64,000 bases of DNA from Bispira polyomma (taxonomy: Eukaryota), in NCBI GenBank assembly GCA_965649765.1, contig OZ287753.1, positions 65,348,001-65,412,000 on the forward strand, in the 5' to 3' direction. Below, piece after piece: positions 27,272-39,497 of this stretch. The notes under the pieces are model-generated. The model was not told the origin of the DNA. It saw only the letters and a program-made list of their open reading frames with translations, and made no database searches. The translations under genes and the position numbers were made by a program. Position 1 is the stretch's first letter, and the number at the start of each line of letters is the position of its first letter.

Positions 27272-27587
27272 ATGAAAACCTTCCACAAGCTGATCATTGG
27301 TCTGGTAATCCTCACTGTTCTATGGCTCACACTGGCCAGCGCAACATCAGAACCGAAAACTCACTCCGGATCCAAATCTGATTCAAAGAGTGGAACGAAA
27401 TCTCATTCAAAAAGTGAAACCAATTCCGATTCAAAAAGTGGAACCAAATCTTCAAAAAGTGGAACCAAATCTTCAAAAAGTGGAACCAAATCTCATTCTC
27501 ATTCTAAATCTGACACAAAAAGTGGAACCAATTCTACTTCATCATCTGATTCCAATTCTCATTCAAAATCTGGATCATCATCCGGAG
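27272..27587 (+). CDS. Gene A coding exon 1: signal peptide plus Ser/Lys/Thr-rich block
   Basis: Acceptor ttttcag| at 27264, ATG 27272, MKTFHKLIIGLVILTVLWLTLASA, donor g|gtgagt in phase 1. Confidence 0.9.
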
Positions 27588-28636
27588 GTGAGTCAAGTAA
27601 AGTCTTAAACTGTCTTGTAAAAATCCTGCATATGGTCATGTTTTTGTGTCTAACTTTTAATTGAGTATATCAGAAGTTATACGTAAACGTTTGTGTAATC
27701 TAGTATGAATTGTTTCCAGATGCTATTTTTACTGTGCCATCTGTACCACTTAGTAGTTTCTGTACTTTCACATTACGATTGCAATCCAGTACAAATTTTA
27801 ATACTCTATCTTTTTGTAGTCAAGCTTTGAAAATGTTTGAGCTTTCTACAGACCAATAACTAATGCACACAAAGAAGCTGCATGTTGTGCCACTGCACAA
27901 AATATATAGATAATATGGTTTGTTACGTATATGCTTATAATTTGTGTGCTTATAATTTGTTTGAGTACTAACATTGACTTCTATATAAGTTTGATTAGAT
28001 TAAATTACTTAAAAATGAATTATATAAATCTATGTTAAGGTGGTGTATTGTTTTACAAAAATGGGACAATGAATCAACAGAACATATTTTAACCAACATA
28101 TTGATTCATAGAGTAGGGTAGCCATATGAAGTCATATGAGAATATAAAGTTTTGTTTAAGTACACACTACTGTAAGTAATCTAGAATAAACAATTAATAA
28201 TCATATGCTTCTAAAATTGCGTAAAATAATATTAATAATATGTCACCTATTTTTTTTATCCAAGGCTAACAATTTCATAATACAGTATAGAGGATCAAAA
28301 TACATTTCTAATGTTGCAACATAATAAACCTCATTGAAGAAACTAGGTAAATCTTGACTTTAAGTTTGTTACTTTGTTTCTAAAAATTCTTGCACATTAC
28401 AGTGCAATACAGTGAATCAAAAACGTTTCTGTTCAGCTAATAACAATACTAATAATACCAGATAAATATACAACCTGCCGCAGCCAGCGTGTTTAAAACA
28501 TAGATCCATATCTGTAATTCAAAATCCAGATCAATGTCTGGAAACAACCAGGAAGTAATTCAGGTACAGTGTTATATCCTGTGTAAGTGTCAACATCCCC
28601 TTGCATCATTGCATTATCATTCAACTCTCCTTGCAG

Positions 28637-29093
28637 GTCCAGACTGTTTTGGCTGTGTACCCGGGAGTGTATGCGATGTTCCACCTTGCGGTTTTGATGG
28701 TTTTGAAAACTGCACTTGTCCTTGTGATGGTGACGATGAAGGAATTCCCTACAAATGTGATGACTATGATTTAGAATGTGATGACGATGATGATGATGAT
28801 GACTCTGAATCAAGCTCCAGCAATAGTTCTGGATCAGGCTCCAGTAAAAGTTCAAAATCAGGCTCCAAAAAAAGTTCAAAATCAGGCTCCAAAAAAAGTA
28901 AGAAATCAAGCTCCAGTCATGGTACAAAATCAGGCTCCAGCAAAAGTACGAAATCTGGCTCCAGCAAAAGTACGAAATCTGGCTCCAGCAAAAGTACAAA
29001 ATCAGGCTCAAAATCTGCTTCAACGAAGTCTGATCATAACAAGAAGAGAAGGAGAAGGAGATCCCACAAAATTGTGAAAAGGTGGATTGAAGG
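28637..29093 (+). CDS. Gene A coding exon 2: Cys/Asp module, poly-Asp, KSGSSK repeats, KKRRRRR and KR sites
   Basis: cttgcag| acceptor in phase 1; gg|gtatgt donor in phase 2; open frame. Confidence 0.9.
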
Positions 29094-29536
29094 GTATGTT
29101 TTAATCCAGTTAGTTCTACTTTGATGGGATGAACAAATATTGATAGTTTAATTCTTTAATTATTTCCTCCAAATGTTTATGCCAAAAGATGATTGTCTCA
29201 CTTTCATAAGCTTCAACAAAACAACACAAAATCTTTGACTGTCATATAACGTGTACAGTAGTACAGATGTCCCGTTTTATACAATGATTGTACAACACAG
29301 CAACTATTGTACATCTTGGTATGTCAATGTCTCTGATTTGCAAAGTTATGATGAATTGGATCATTATGTGTAATTATCAGATTATGTGTAATTATAGTAG
29401 TTAAATGAAATGATGTCCTAGGACTATTCCGGCCATTTGATTATAAAATAAAGCGTGCTTTAAAGTTTTTCAAAAATGTCTTTCATATTGAAAAATAATG
29501 CCTAAGGATTCAAAAATTTTGTTTCACAATTTACAG

Positions 29537-29799
29537 AGAGGGTGAGTCCAACACGAATGATTCAGAAAGTGGCTCCAAAAGTGGTTCGAAGAGTGGCTCG
29601 AAGAGTGGCTCGAAGAGTGGCTCGAAGAGTGGCTCAAAGAGTGGCTCGAAGAGTGGCTCGAAGAGTGGCTCAAAGAGTCACTCGAAGAGTGGCACAAAAA
29701 GTCACTCGAAGAGTGGCACAAAGAGTCATTCGAAGAGTGGCTCTAAAAGTGGCCACAAGAAGAGTTCTTGCAGAAAGCGTCATATTGGAGGGCCTAAAG
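29537..29799 (+). CDS. Gene A coding exon 3: 16 S-x-x-K tetrapeptides, including (SGSK)9
   Basis: ttacag| acceptor in phase 2; 12-bp repeat read as SGSK/SHSK/SGTK; g|gtaatt donor in phase 1. Confidence 0.9.
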
Positions 29800-30846
29800 G
29801 TAATTGTGACTTAATTGGCTCTACAAATTAGAGATGAGACTTTAAATTATAGCAAATATTTTATCTTTATCCTGTAAACTCTTGAGAGCATCTAAATAGG
29901 ATCCAAATGTTACTGGGACCAGAATATATTATATTTACCAGTAATACAATATTTGTATAAAAGTATATGTTGTGTATCTAATCTAATCTAGTCGTACTTT
30001 TACAATGCTTAATCTTTGTACAACAAATTCTAAGGCGCAACAAACCCAAAACATTAATCAAAAATCAAAAATAGTGGGCGGATGGAAGTCATAACCAGGA
30101 AGACTACCCTGAATGGTTGCGACGGCTAAGGTGAAAAACCTGTTCAAAAAGGTAGGCATTTAGCTTACTCCTGAAAGAGGATAAAGTTTGAGCCAGGCGA
30201 ACATGATCAGATAGGCTGTTCCAAATGAGGGGGCCATCATGACTTGTATGTGCTTGTCTTGTGGTGATAGGGCTTCACAATCAACAGAGTCCATAGCTTT
30301 AGACACGGGCGAGACAATGATTCTTGTACTAAAATTACACTTTCTTAATTAAAAGTGTGTGTTTATATTTACACGGTATAGAGCCATTAGGTGCTACAAT
30401 AAAGAACATTTTAAAACATCTATAAGGGAATATTATTTTGAAAGTATAATTTGAGTCGTTTTAAAGTTGGGCTATAGTATAACTGACACCAAAACTAATC
30501 CACACTGATAATACTAGCAATAACCTGTGTCAGGCCAAATATACTGTGATGTAATATTTTACAAGGAGATAACTGCAGTTGGTTTGATAGTGATTCATAA
30601 TGCAGATTTATTCTGCTAAAAACCTATAATGTTCTACAAAATCATGTAATTGCACTATTCTAAACCAGTAACACCGAATCCTTAACTTTTGGAACTTTGA
30701 AACAAACAAATTACGGTGTTTTCGTAAGACTTTTTTTCTAGATCAGTGAACTGCCTGCTGTGATATGACACATGCTGAAAGCGACGTTAAACCCTAAACT
30801 ATCACACACTTCTGATGACATTGTGTTTATTACTTGTATACTCCAG

Positions 30847-30938
30847 GTCACAGGCCAGTCTGCTGGGCTTTTAGTTTTGCAGTAAACATCACAGAGGGAT
30901 ACAAAGATGGCCACAGACAGGAGTGCTTACGTGGACAG
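30847..30938 (+). CDS. Gene A coding exon 4 (GHRPVCWAFSF...ECLRGQ)
   Basis: ctccag| in phase 1, cag|gtaaag in phase 0, 92 nt, open. Confidence 0.8.
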
Positions 30939-30989
30939 GTAAAGATTGCACATTGTGTGTATGACTATACACATATGCTAAGTACTTAG

Positions 30990-31048
30990 AATAGAACCGG
31001 GGACCTTCTGATCATCAGATCAACACCCTAACCACTAGACCACGGGGG
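30990..31048 (-). mobile_element. tRNA-like SINE head fragment in an intron
   Basis: Minus strand reads gtggtctagtggttagggtg...cccggttctattc (A box and degenerate B box). Confidence 0.5.
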
Positions 31049-31236
31049 CTATTTAACACTGCCTGAAGGGGAGATGTCATAATATCTCAATATATTTTAG
31101 TGTACCTTAAATATTGCCATTTAGTGATCTAAATGACATGTTAAAAATTGGGTAGGGGTTTATTTTGGAGGGCTGTATTACAGTAAACATGGTATACACC
31201 ATTAGTTTGAGTTTTGTGAGATGTTCATTTTCATAG

Positions 31237-31360
31237 GATAAATGCATCATAGAAATAGATGTGGATGGGCTCTACCACAGGCGGTGTGGGACGTTGGTGG
31301 AATGTTTTCAACTACAATACAACCCCAGGGCATCTGAGAAATGTGTGGACAATGGCTGCT
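31237..31360 (+). CDS. Gene A coding exon 5 (DKCIIEIDVDGLYHRRCGTLVECFQLQYNPRASEKCVDNGC)
   Basis: ttttcatag| in phase 0, t|gtaagt in phase 1, 124 nt; the same donor position is kept in the inverted paralog. Confidence 0.85.
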
Positions 31361-33114
31361 GTAAGTAGAACAGGGCTTTTGTACATGTGTATTAGAATGT
31401 ATATTAGGAGCTTTATTGAAGTGAATGGTCTTATATATGAACTTATATTTGAGTTGTGTATAAATTTAAGCACGAGTTTATTTCGATAATACCAGCCCCT
31501 ATGTAGTCAGTAACAAATAGGGGCTAAGTGAAAACATTTACTACAAAGTCTTGTACAGCTAAGACAAAGGGTGAGTTCACCCTTATTTGAATACAGCCTC
31601 TGTGGGGAGCTGTTGAGGGAGTGGCAGTAGACGGGATGGGTGATCACAAAAACTCCTAGGCAAGTAAAAAGAAACTATTGATTAAAACTTTGTTTAACTA
31701 TTTTAATTTGTATAATTATAACACGGATGAGAGTTATATATACTAAAGCGTAAATAGTCTATCAAGCTTTTTAAAAACTCCTGTTTGAACTTATACACAA
31801 ACTTCTGCTTTTTTTAAATAGCTTTTAATTATGATGTGTGTTAGGAAAAATGTTCGGATCATTAAATATGTAAAAACATGACCTAAAAATGTTACCCCCC
31901 TCATAAATAAAAAATTCTTTAAGTTATGCGATGCAATATGTTACCAAATCATTTCACATCAATCATAAAGCATACAATTTGTTCAAACTTTAATTGGTGG
32001 GGATTTATGTTTGCTACACATATTGACATCTCTGATTGAGTGATCACTACAATACATCATCATTCATACCATGATGCAAAGGCATTTAAAGAAAATAGAA
32101 TAGTTTAATACAGGTTTTTAAATTAAACTTTTAACAAGTGAAAAAAAGTTAACAAAGAAGTGTATTTTTTTTGCTTGGAAATATCCCAAAATATATAAGT
32201 AAATGAATCATTAGGATTATAAGTACTGTGGGTAACCAACTTTAAAATTAGGTAATCAACTTTAATTGTACTTTACTTGACACAAAGGCACTTATCACTC
32301 TACCCTTAAAGTGTTTTTATACATTTTTACTCTAAAGGTTGTAGTATATTTAATACATGTTATAGTGTGTTTTTGAATATTCATATCATAATTATAAAGC
32401 TGAGTTTTGGAAGCTGTTTGATTTTATTTGACTCATATTTGTCTTTTATCATAATTGGTAAATTTTAAGAATAAATCATTGCAGACAACGCAAAATAATA
32501 ATACAGAATATCAGATTTATTTTTAGACTACACCATAGAAGCATTACAGTTTAAATGTTTTATAAATATAAAAAATATTGTCCAATTATATTTGTTCAAA
32601 CAAGATGCCTGATTACAATAGATAGATAGGCACAACATATTTGCTTGCTGTTAACTCCTGTGTTTGGTGCATACCTTGAAATGGGGGGGGGGGGGGGCGG
32701 GGGGGGGGGGTTGTGGGGAGAGCTTTATTAATTAAAGGAATGTTTGAGATGACAGGGCCATGTTATAAAACTAAACTAAACTCAACTAACATGAAAGTAA
32801 AAAGTATTATTGTTGATTTGTATCCCTGGTTACAAAACTAATTGAAACTGTAATTGAGGTGGTCTCTTAAACCTGTCAATGCGGTTGTTTAGGGATGGCA
32901 TAGTTAGTCAAAGACCGGTTCCAAACATTGGTGAGTGATTGTTGGTAATAATAACAATATCACTAAGACATTGTGTTTAATATTGATATAAAACATGTTA
33001 TATCATGAGACAACCAAATAATGTGCAATCTATGTTGTCCTGTTTAAGTTATAGATGATAGGCTTGCTGCTTATGTTTTTCTAAAAGTATGTTCTTGTTT
33101 GCTATCTTTTGTAG

Positions 33115-33247
33115 CCTTGTTCAACTGCCCGGCTGTTGGCTGTACGTATCAAGAGTCTGTTGTGCCCACTTTAAGTTTTGACAGAGATGGAAACGTCTGT
33201 CGCTGTGACGGCTGGTGCTGGGAACCATACACCTGGGATGTGTACAA
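33115..33247 (+). CDS. Gene A coding exon 6 (LFNCPAVGC...CRCDGWCWEPYTWDVY)
   Basis: ttttgtag| in phase 1, aa|gtaaac in phase 2, Cys-rich open frame. Confidence 0.85.
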
Positions 33248-33544
33248 GTAAACGGACGTTTTCTTTATTTGGTTATTATGTTTGCGCATGCTCGAGGAGC
33301 AGCAGCTATCATCCTCACCTTGCAGTCTCGTGGAGAGATACTTTCCTATAATCTATGGTGCATCTAAATTCCAGTACAAACATCTACACAATTTATAACA
33401 GCTCAGGTTATGCTATAAAATACTTGCTTCTAAGGGTCATATAATATAATAATTGCAACATTTATTTTGCGCCATGTTAAATATAACATCCTGTAAGGCA
33501 CTGATATGCAAAAAAGGGAAAATCAAGGGGAAAGCAAAGGTCGT

Positions 33545-33990
33545 CACCAATAAGCATCCACTAAAGGAAGGGTGACTAAGGAGGGGGGCCGGGCCAGTAA
33601 TTTTATCCTGTGATCTGACAGTATGTGGGAGCTTGTTCCATTCAACAGGAGGTGCAATGGCAATGCAACGCCCACTAATATTTCTGTTAGGTCGGGTTGA
33701 GGAGACAAAGAGGTGGTTTCCCCGGGTAAGGCCACTAGATTTGATTTAAGTGAGGAGAGATAAAGAGGTTGGTTGAGTTTCTTTAGGTAGGGTGAGACAT
33801 GGCTAAGTTTGTTAAGCTTGTACATAATACGGCAGAGGGCATTTTATACTCTTTGGAGCCTTGTTATGTTGACCTTATTTATACCGTACAGCGAGCAGTT
33901 GCAATAGTCTAGCCAGCTGCTCACCATTGCATTAGCCACTTGAACTGCAGTTTTCAAGACTGAGGTGCCTGCGTATTTTGTGCAGATTGA
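33545..33990 (-). mobile_element. L2-clade LINE 3' fragment in an intron
   Basis: NAMVSSWLDYCN..LYG and HVSPYLKKL on the minus strand, homologous to 12826-13314. Confidence 0.75.
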
Positions 33991-34667
33991 GCAGATGGTA
34001 GGCCCAGCAGACACTGGCTTCATGACTCCTGGCTATAAAATAATTGCTTCTAAGGGTTATGCTATAAAAATGTCACTTTTGAATAAAATGTTTAGCCCTT
34101 ACCGTTCTAACATATTTACCTTATTATCTTTGGGTAACACACTATATGAAAAGTACACACGGTTGAAATATACTGTGTGTTCCCAGACTCCAAGCAAATG
34201 TCTGCACAGTTAAGTATTTGTCGTATATAATCTCTATAGCTTACGTCCAAGGTTTTTATCAAACACAGCCTGATATTGTTTTCATAGAGAAAAGGGCGCC
34301 ATCATTTTAGAAATGATATGTATTAGCTTCATGCATCGATTGGAAGCAATTGACACAGCCCAACTGTATCAGAACAATATTATTAGAGGTGCCAAGTGTG
34401 TCAGAGTGTAAAACTTCTGAGTTGTATGTGCTAGTATTCCAGTGTCTGTGGCCTAATAATGCCATGGTAACAATATACATGAGTATACAGTATGATCTGA
34501 TATGGTAAATTAAATCCTCGAAGTGCCTGCAGGTATTATCTCTTCTGTTCCATAACAAGTGTGGAAATTAGTGACTGGGTAGAATTTTTAACATATGACA
34601 CACTGGAATATATGGTGGTTATAACAATGTTTTTCTATAAAAGAGACAACTCGTGTTGTTATTGCAG

Positions 34668-34735
34668 AGCCAGATGTTGTCCAGGTGCTTGCAAGTTCTG
34701 TAGAGCCAAAGGAGATCCAACACATTGTTACCCTG
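34668..34735 (+). CDS. Gene A coding exon 7 (ARCCPGACKFCRAKGDPTHCYP)
   Basis: ttgcag| in phase 2, g|gtatgt in phase 1. Confidence 0.85.
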
Positions 34736-35290
34736 GTATGTAAAGCTATGTTCACATGTATCCTTAAGCTATACATACATCTTAACAGCAAACACCTCAA
34801 TTCAAATGCATCCTTGGAATCAAAATAACAGATTTTCAAAGGTTTCAGGAACAGTTTATGGTTTAAAAACTTTATTTACCTTTTTACTATTTTCCTTGGG
34901 ATACTTGAAGGGCGAGAATACTTTTCAATGGCGCCGCCTTCTTAAAAATAATTTGTAAGGCATTCATAGATTGGTTAAAAGCAATGAGGGGTGTCAGATT
35001 GATATTATCAGGTGGTTATCACAGGCACAGCCGCCATGTTGAGAATATGCAAGACCTTCATGGATTGGTTGAAAGCAATCAAACCGGCGAAACTGAGGGG
35101 TGTTAGTCACACTGTGTGCCGGTGTCTTTAAATAAAGGCAGTCCTTGTTTATCATTAGCTATCCTTAAGCTATGTTAACAGCAGCACTTTAAACACGATA
35201 AAAATAAGTTTATGTTATTTACATTAATTATGATATTATATTATTCACAAGTCTCGATTATTGCAAGTAATTCATTGTTTTGTTTTACAG

Positions 35291-35331
35291 AGGAGATACT
35301 CCAAGAGATAGAAGAACAAGGAGGAAACTAG
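35291..35331 (+). CDS. Gene A terminal coding exon (EEILQEIEEQGGN-stop)
   Basis: ttttacag| in phase 1, TAG at 35329-35331, AATAAA at 35421-35426. Confidence 0.8.
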
Positions 35332-35569
35332 TGAGCTGTGACTGACAGCTGTTAAATTCTCTTATCACGTAGTCATGGCATTTTGACTTAATTCTTTAAC
35401 TGTAAATTTTTGAGAAACAAAATAAATTGATAGTACCACTGTACATATACATGTGTATTATTTTAACTCAATACAAGCAGTAAAACCTACTTATAATTGG
35501 ACACCCATCTAAAAAAAAACATCCAGATTGTTCTGAATGGACAGCTATTAATGTTACTGTTCTATGATA

Positions 35570-35836
35570 TGAAGCTCCTAAGCTGTGGAATAATCTGCCT
35601 CATGATAGTCGCACTGTCTCCTCACTTACCTGTTTGAGAGAGAAGCTCAAAACCTACCTATTTAGCAAGGCTTTTACACCTTAGCCTCCTTACCATTTCC
35701 GCAATTATCTACTGTCATGACCCCTCTACGTCCAATGGCTATACGACATAATGAAAATGATTTTTCTGTGTTATGCTCCTTATAATCTACTAGCACAGAT
35801 ATTAAGTGCTATAAATGTTAGATTAGATTAGATTAT
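35570..35836 (+). mobile_element. L2-clade LINE extreme 3' end
   Basis: APKLWNNLP...REKLKTYLF..AF, followed by a (ttaga)n tail. Confidence 0.75.
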
Positions 35837-38329
35837 ACTGCTGCTACTTGTGTCGGTTGGCCTCTACTTCGATGCAAGGAACAAATTATGGCAGAAAATA
35901 AAACTTTGATGAACAATATTGAATATTCATTGGGGTTAAATATGTGAAAACGTTTGGGCTTCATAGAAATGTTGGACTTGTGACCTTTATATCAAAACAA
36001 GAAAAAAGTGGCCAATGGCCGCGTACCAGACGTTTGCTGTCAATTCCGAAAATAGTGACCCAGTTACTAGTTGGCGGTCAAAATGGATTCCGAAAACGAT
36101 CTATACGTAGGAGCTTCTGTTATCGCCCATTACTCAAATCTGCGGTAGTAATACTATATAAATAGAAACAAAACTTTGCAAATCTCATTTCATATAAACC
36201 ATTGAAGATTGTGGCTTTAAAATTCGATGCAATAGGTCACCTACAGTGTACACACTTGCGCATTTACGCATGCGCATTGAAGATGCCGTGACTTTCAGCT
36301 AATCCTGCCTCGCCTAAGATAAAATTAGGTCGGGCGCCATATTGGATTATTGTTTACCACTATTTATAAACAGAGATCAACCAATAGAAATCGTTGTTAC
36401 AGAAATTTGCAAATAAAGTATAGCTATAAACTACAATACTTTGAGGTAAAAGCGAATCAATTTAATGGTAAACCTTGCCAAAAAATTTTTTAAAAAAAGT
36501 AAAAATAAAATATTTCCTTTGTTGCAATCGACCTCAAAAACAATCTCAGAGCACAAGAAGCCCAACTCTAGGATTGACGCGAATTTCAGACCATAACACC
36601 CCACCAGTTCCGAGATTAATTTGTTCCTACCCAAGAGCTTCAACAGGGAAAACCAACCGCTTGCGCATGTGCAAACATCTGGTTAATGAACTAGAAGGCC
36701 ACACAGTAAGACACATACCTCTGCAAAGGCACCAAAAAACAAAAGGTGAAAATATGCCTGGATCTGCCCATCTACTTAACTGTAGTACATGTAAATAGGT
36801 TTATTTGTTGTTGTTCTTTTGTGTGTAATGCTGGCGACAAACAAAACAAACCAAGAGACAGAGTCAAAAGCATAACGTCCTTGACAAAAGTAGGTAGCTT
36901 AGGTCATATTTGACAGAAATAATAATTATTCAATTTAGATGTGCAACAATGATGGTCTGACCTATGACTGACCTTTGAACTGAGAGTTTTGCCTTTTACC
37001 TTTCCATGTTTTGCCCACACTATATCTCAGGAGCCACCTCTCACTGAAAGTCTATAACTGGTGCTATTCTTAGTTAGATTTAGTATATGAATAATCTAGC
37101 TCTCACTCCAGCTTAACCTCATTCCAAAGATCTCTATATAACTTTACAACGACCTGAAAATAAATGAACAATTGTTTCACTCCTTTGGTCTGCACGAGTC
37201 ACAATCAGATACTCTGATTTTATACAGGAAATTTGTGGACTAAGAATTTTCCGTAGTATTTCATATTGGAGTCATATACATGTATATACATTGTGTATAT
37301 TGTGTGAAAACAGACATTGAACATTTCTTTTCAAAGGGTTTTATCATGTTATATGTTATGACACATCATGTTTTATATCCTCTACTAAATTTAGCCTTTG
37401 ATATAAATATTTACTACTTCTCACTCAATTAATTTTTTTGCCAAATAGAAAGGTATGTATGGTCTTATCCCCAATGAATTCATTACTATTTTCATATTGA
37501 AAAAAACAAAAAACTTTGCTACTAGTTGTTGAACCGTAAAGTAGTTCAAAAAGTCAGCATTTATATTATAATTTTCATTTATCTCCTCCACACTTAATAA
37601 ATTGCCATCTAAGAATAGTAAATCTCCTACAGTATAAATACCCTTTTTATACCAGTCTGGGGAAAATATATTGCTAGTACCTATTAATATAATTATTATT
37701 ATTATTATTTTATTACTATTGTACTAAAAGCATGAACACAAGATATCCTGATTTATTTTTATTTTGGTGGTCTTGGTTACTTCATTCTAACAATCGAAAA
37801 CTGTTGTCCAGAATGGATTCAGTTTGGGTGAGTTACAGACCATTTTGTCTCCACTGTATACAGTTTCTTCATATCTCGTAATGAACTTTGTGCCAGCTTT
37901 TGCGACAATCAGTATTTATATGTTTTATCCAGCTCAGTTTTATTTATTTTTTTTTTAAATTGACCACATTGATTATTTTCAAACCACCATTTAGATAGTC
38001 TTACAGATATATCTTCTTTGACTTTGTTAATGAGTTGTTATAGTTTGGGATATCAGATGAATTCCGAACCAGAATTACAAACTCAGAGTCAATCCATTTA
38101 TGTCCAGACGTTACATTTCATTCTCCACAATCTCTTTTACTACTTATCCAGATCAGTTTTCTCGGTGTTCATTTTTAAGCCTGATTAAGAGCCATAAACT
38201 TCCAACCTATTCATGGTTTCTTGCAAGGAACAACTACTTCCATTAAGCAAAATGAACACATTTTTAATAAACAAACAAACAAAAAGCATGGCTGCAGTTT
38301 TTGACATAGCATTAGTGTTATGTAAATGT

Positions 38330-39497
38330 GTTGAAGCGGACGTGCGGTCTACTTATTCAATAATTAGGAGCTACATATTTCTGCTGGCTCACGTTGTAGA
38401 TATGATTATCTAAGGTAAGTTGTCTTTTATGAAGTGATGTAGTCTCTCTCTAATCTCTATATAGACAGATAGTGGTGCAGTCTATATCTCCATCTCAACT
38501 GCTGCAGAAACAGCATCATCCAATGTTTTGGCTTTTACTTGATAGATCTTCCACTGAAGATCACTGTCATCCAACACGTTGATAAATGAGTCTGGCCCAT
38601 AACATCCTGTGTGGCTGTTGGATAGGCCAGCTGAATTAAACATTGTATACCTTTGTCTAGTTTGGGTAGACTCTGCAATCCCTTTCTTTAAAAGTTTCTT
38701 AATATCGCTCTGATTTGTCTAGTTTGGGTAGACTCTGCAATCCCTTTGTTTAAAAGTTTCTTAATATCGCTCTGACAAGTTCAGTCTGGTTTTCTGGGTT
38801 GCAACCGCGACTTAGAGCGGTCACTAATCCTTGATAATTCTGACATGTCTGTGGAGTTAAAGTCCTTATGAGCTGACAAGCTGCTCCTCTCAGACTAACA
38901 CCGAGATACTGAGCTTTTTGTCTGTCACTCCACTCGTTGAGATCCACACAGATTTTAAAATGGCTAATAAATTCTGACCAGGATCCACATACATTGAAAT
39001 GATATGGCATAAATCATGGACGTTTATTACTGGCCATAACCCCACCTGACTTCCTATTCTCCCTCTCCTGGTATCTCACCGGTTTTGAAGCACTACTTCT
39101 AAACATATTTGGCCATAAGTCGGGTTGTGGAATCTCATTCTCACCTTGTAAGTACATCAGACATTCTGGTGCTGCTTGGAGTATTTCCATTTGGCAATCA
39201 TCCCGAGTATCAATATCTATTAATGATGATCTTTAGGACTAACATCCCCAGCTGCATGCTCTTCCAAGCAAGGTGACATTTCTATGATTATGTCAAGGCA
39301 GAATTCGTACCACTGGAGCTTTAAAAAAAATAACACCAGTTGAAGCAGATAAGCGGTCTACTAATTCAATTATAAAGAGCTAGATATTTCTGCTGGCTCA
39401 CGTTGTAGCTATGACTATCTAAGTTAAGTTGTCTTTTATGAAGTGATGTAATCTCTCTCTAATCTCTATATAGACATGTAGTGGTGCAGTCTATATA
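38330..39497 (-). mobile_element. Internally deleted Ty3/gypsy LTR element (gag remnant between direct repeats)
   Basis: Direct repeats 38330-38487 and 39339-39497; tggtg PBS-like start just inside the upstream repeat on the minus strand; gag-like WSEFISHF..C..LNEWSD.QKA.YL..SLRG.A and TLDDAVSAAVEME. Confidence 0.8.

Noticed and set aside
28493-29077. ORFs 28493-29023 (-) and 28778-29077 (+)
   Set aside because: Shadow frames of gene A exon 2 repeats.
29542-29814. Arg-rich protamine-like ORF (RRVA)n
   Set aside because: It is an alternative frame of the 12-bp repeat; splice phases on both sides select the SGSK frame.
31255-31660. Conserved structured ncRNA shared with 2600-3110
   Set aside because: Explained as coding exon 5 plus intron duplicated in an inverted paralog fragment.
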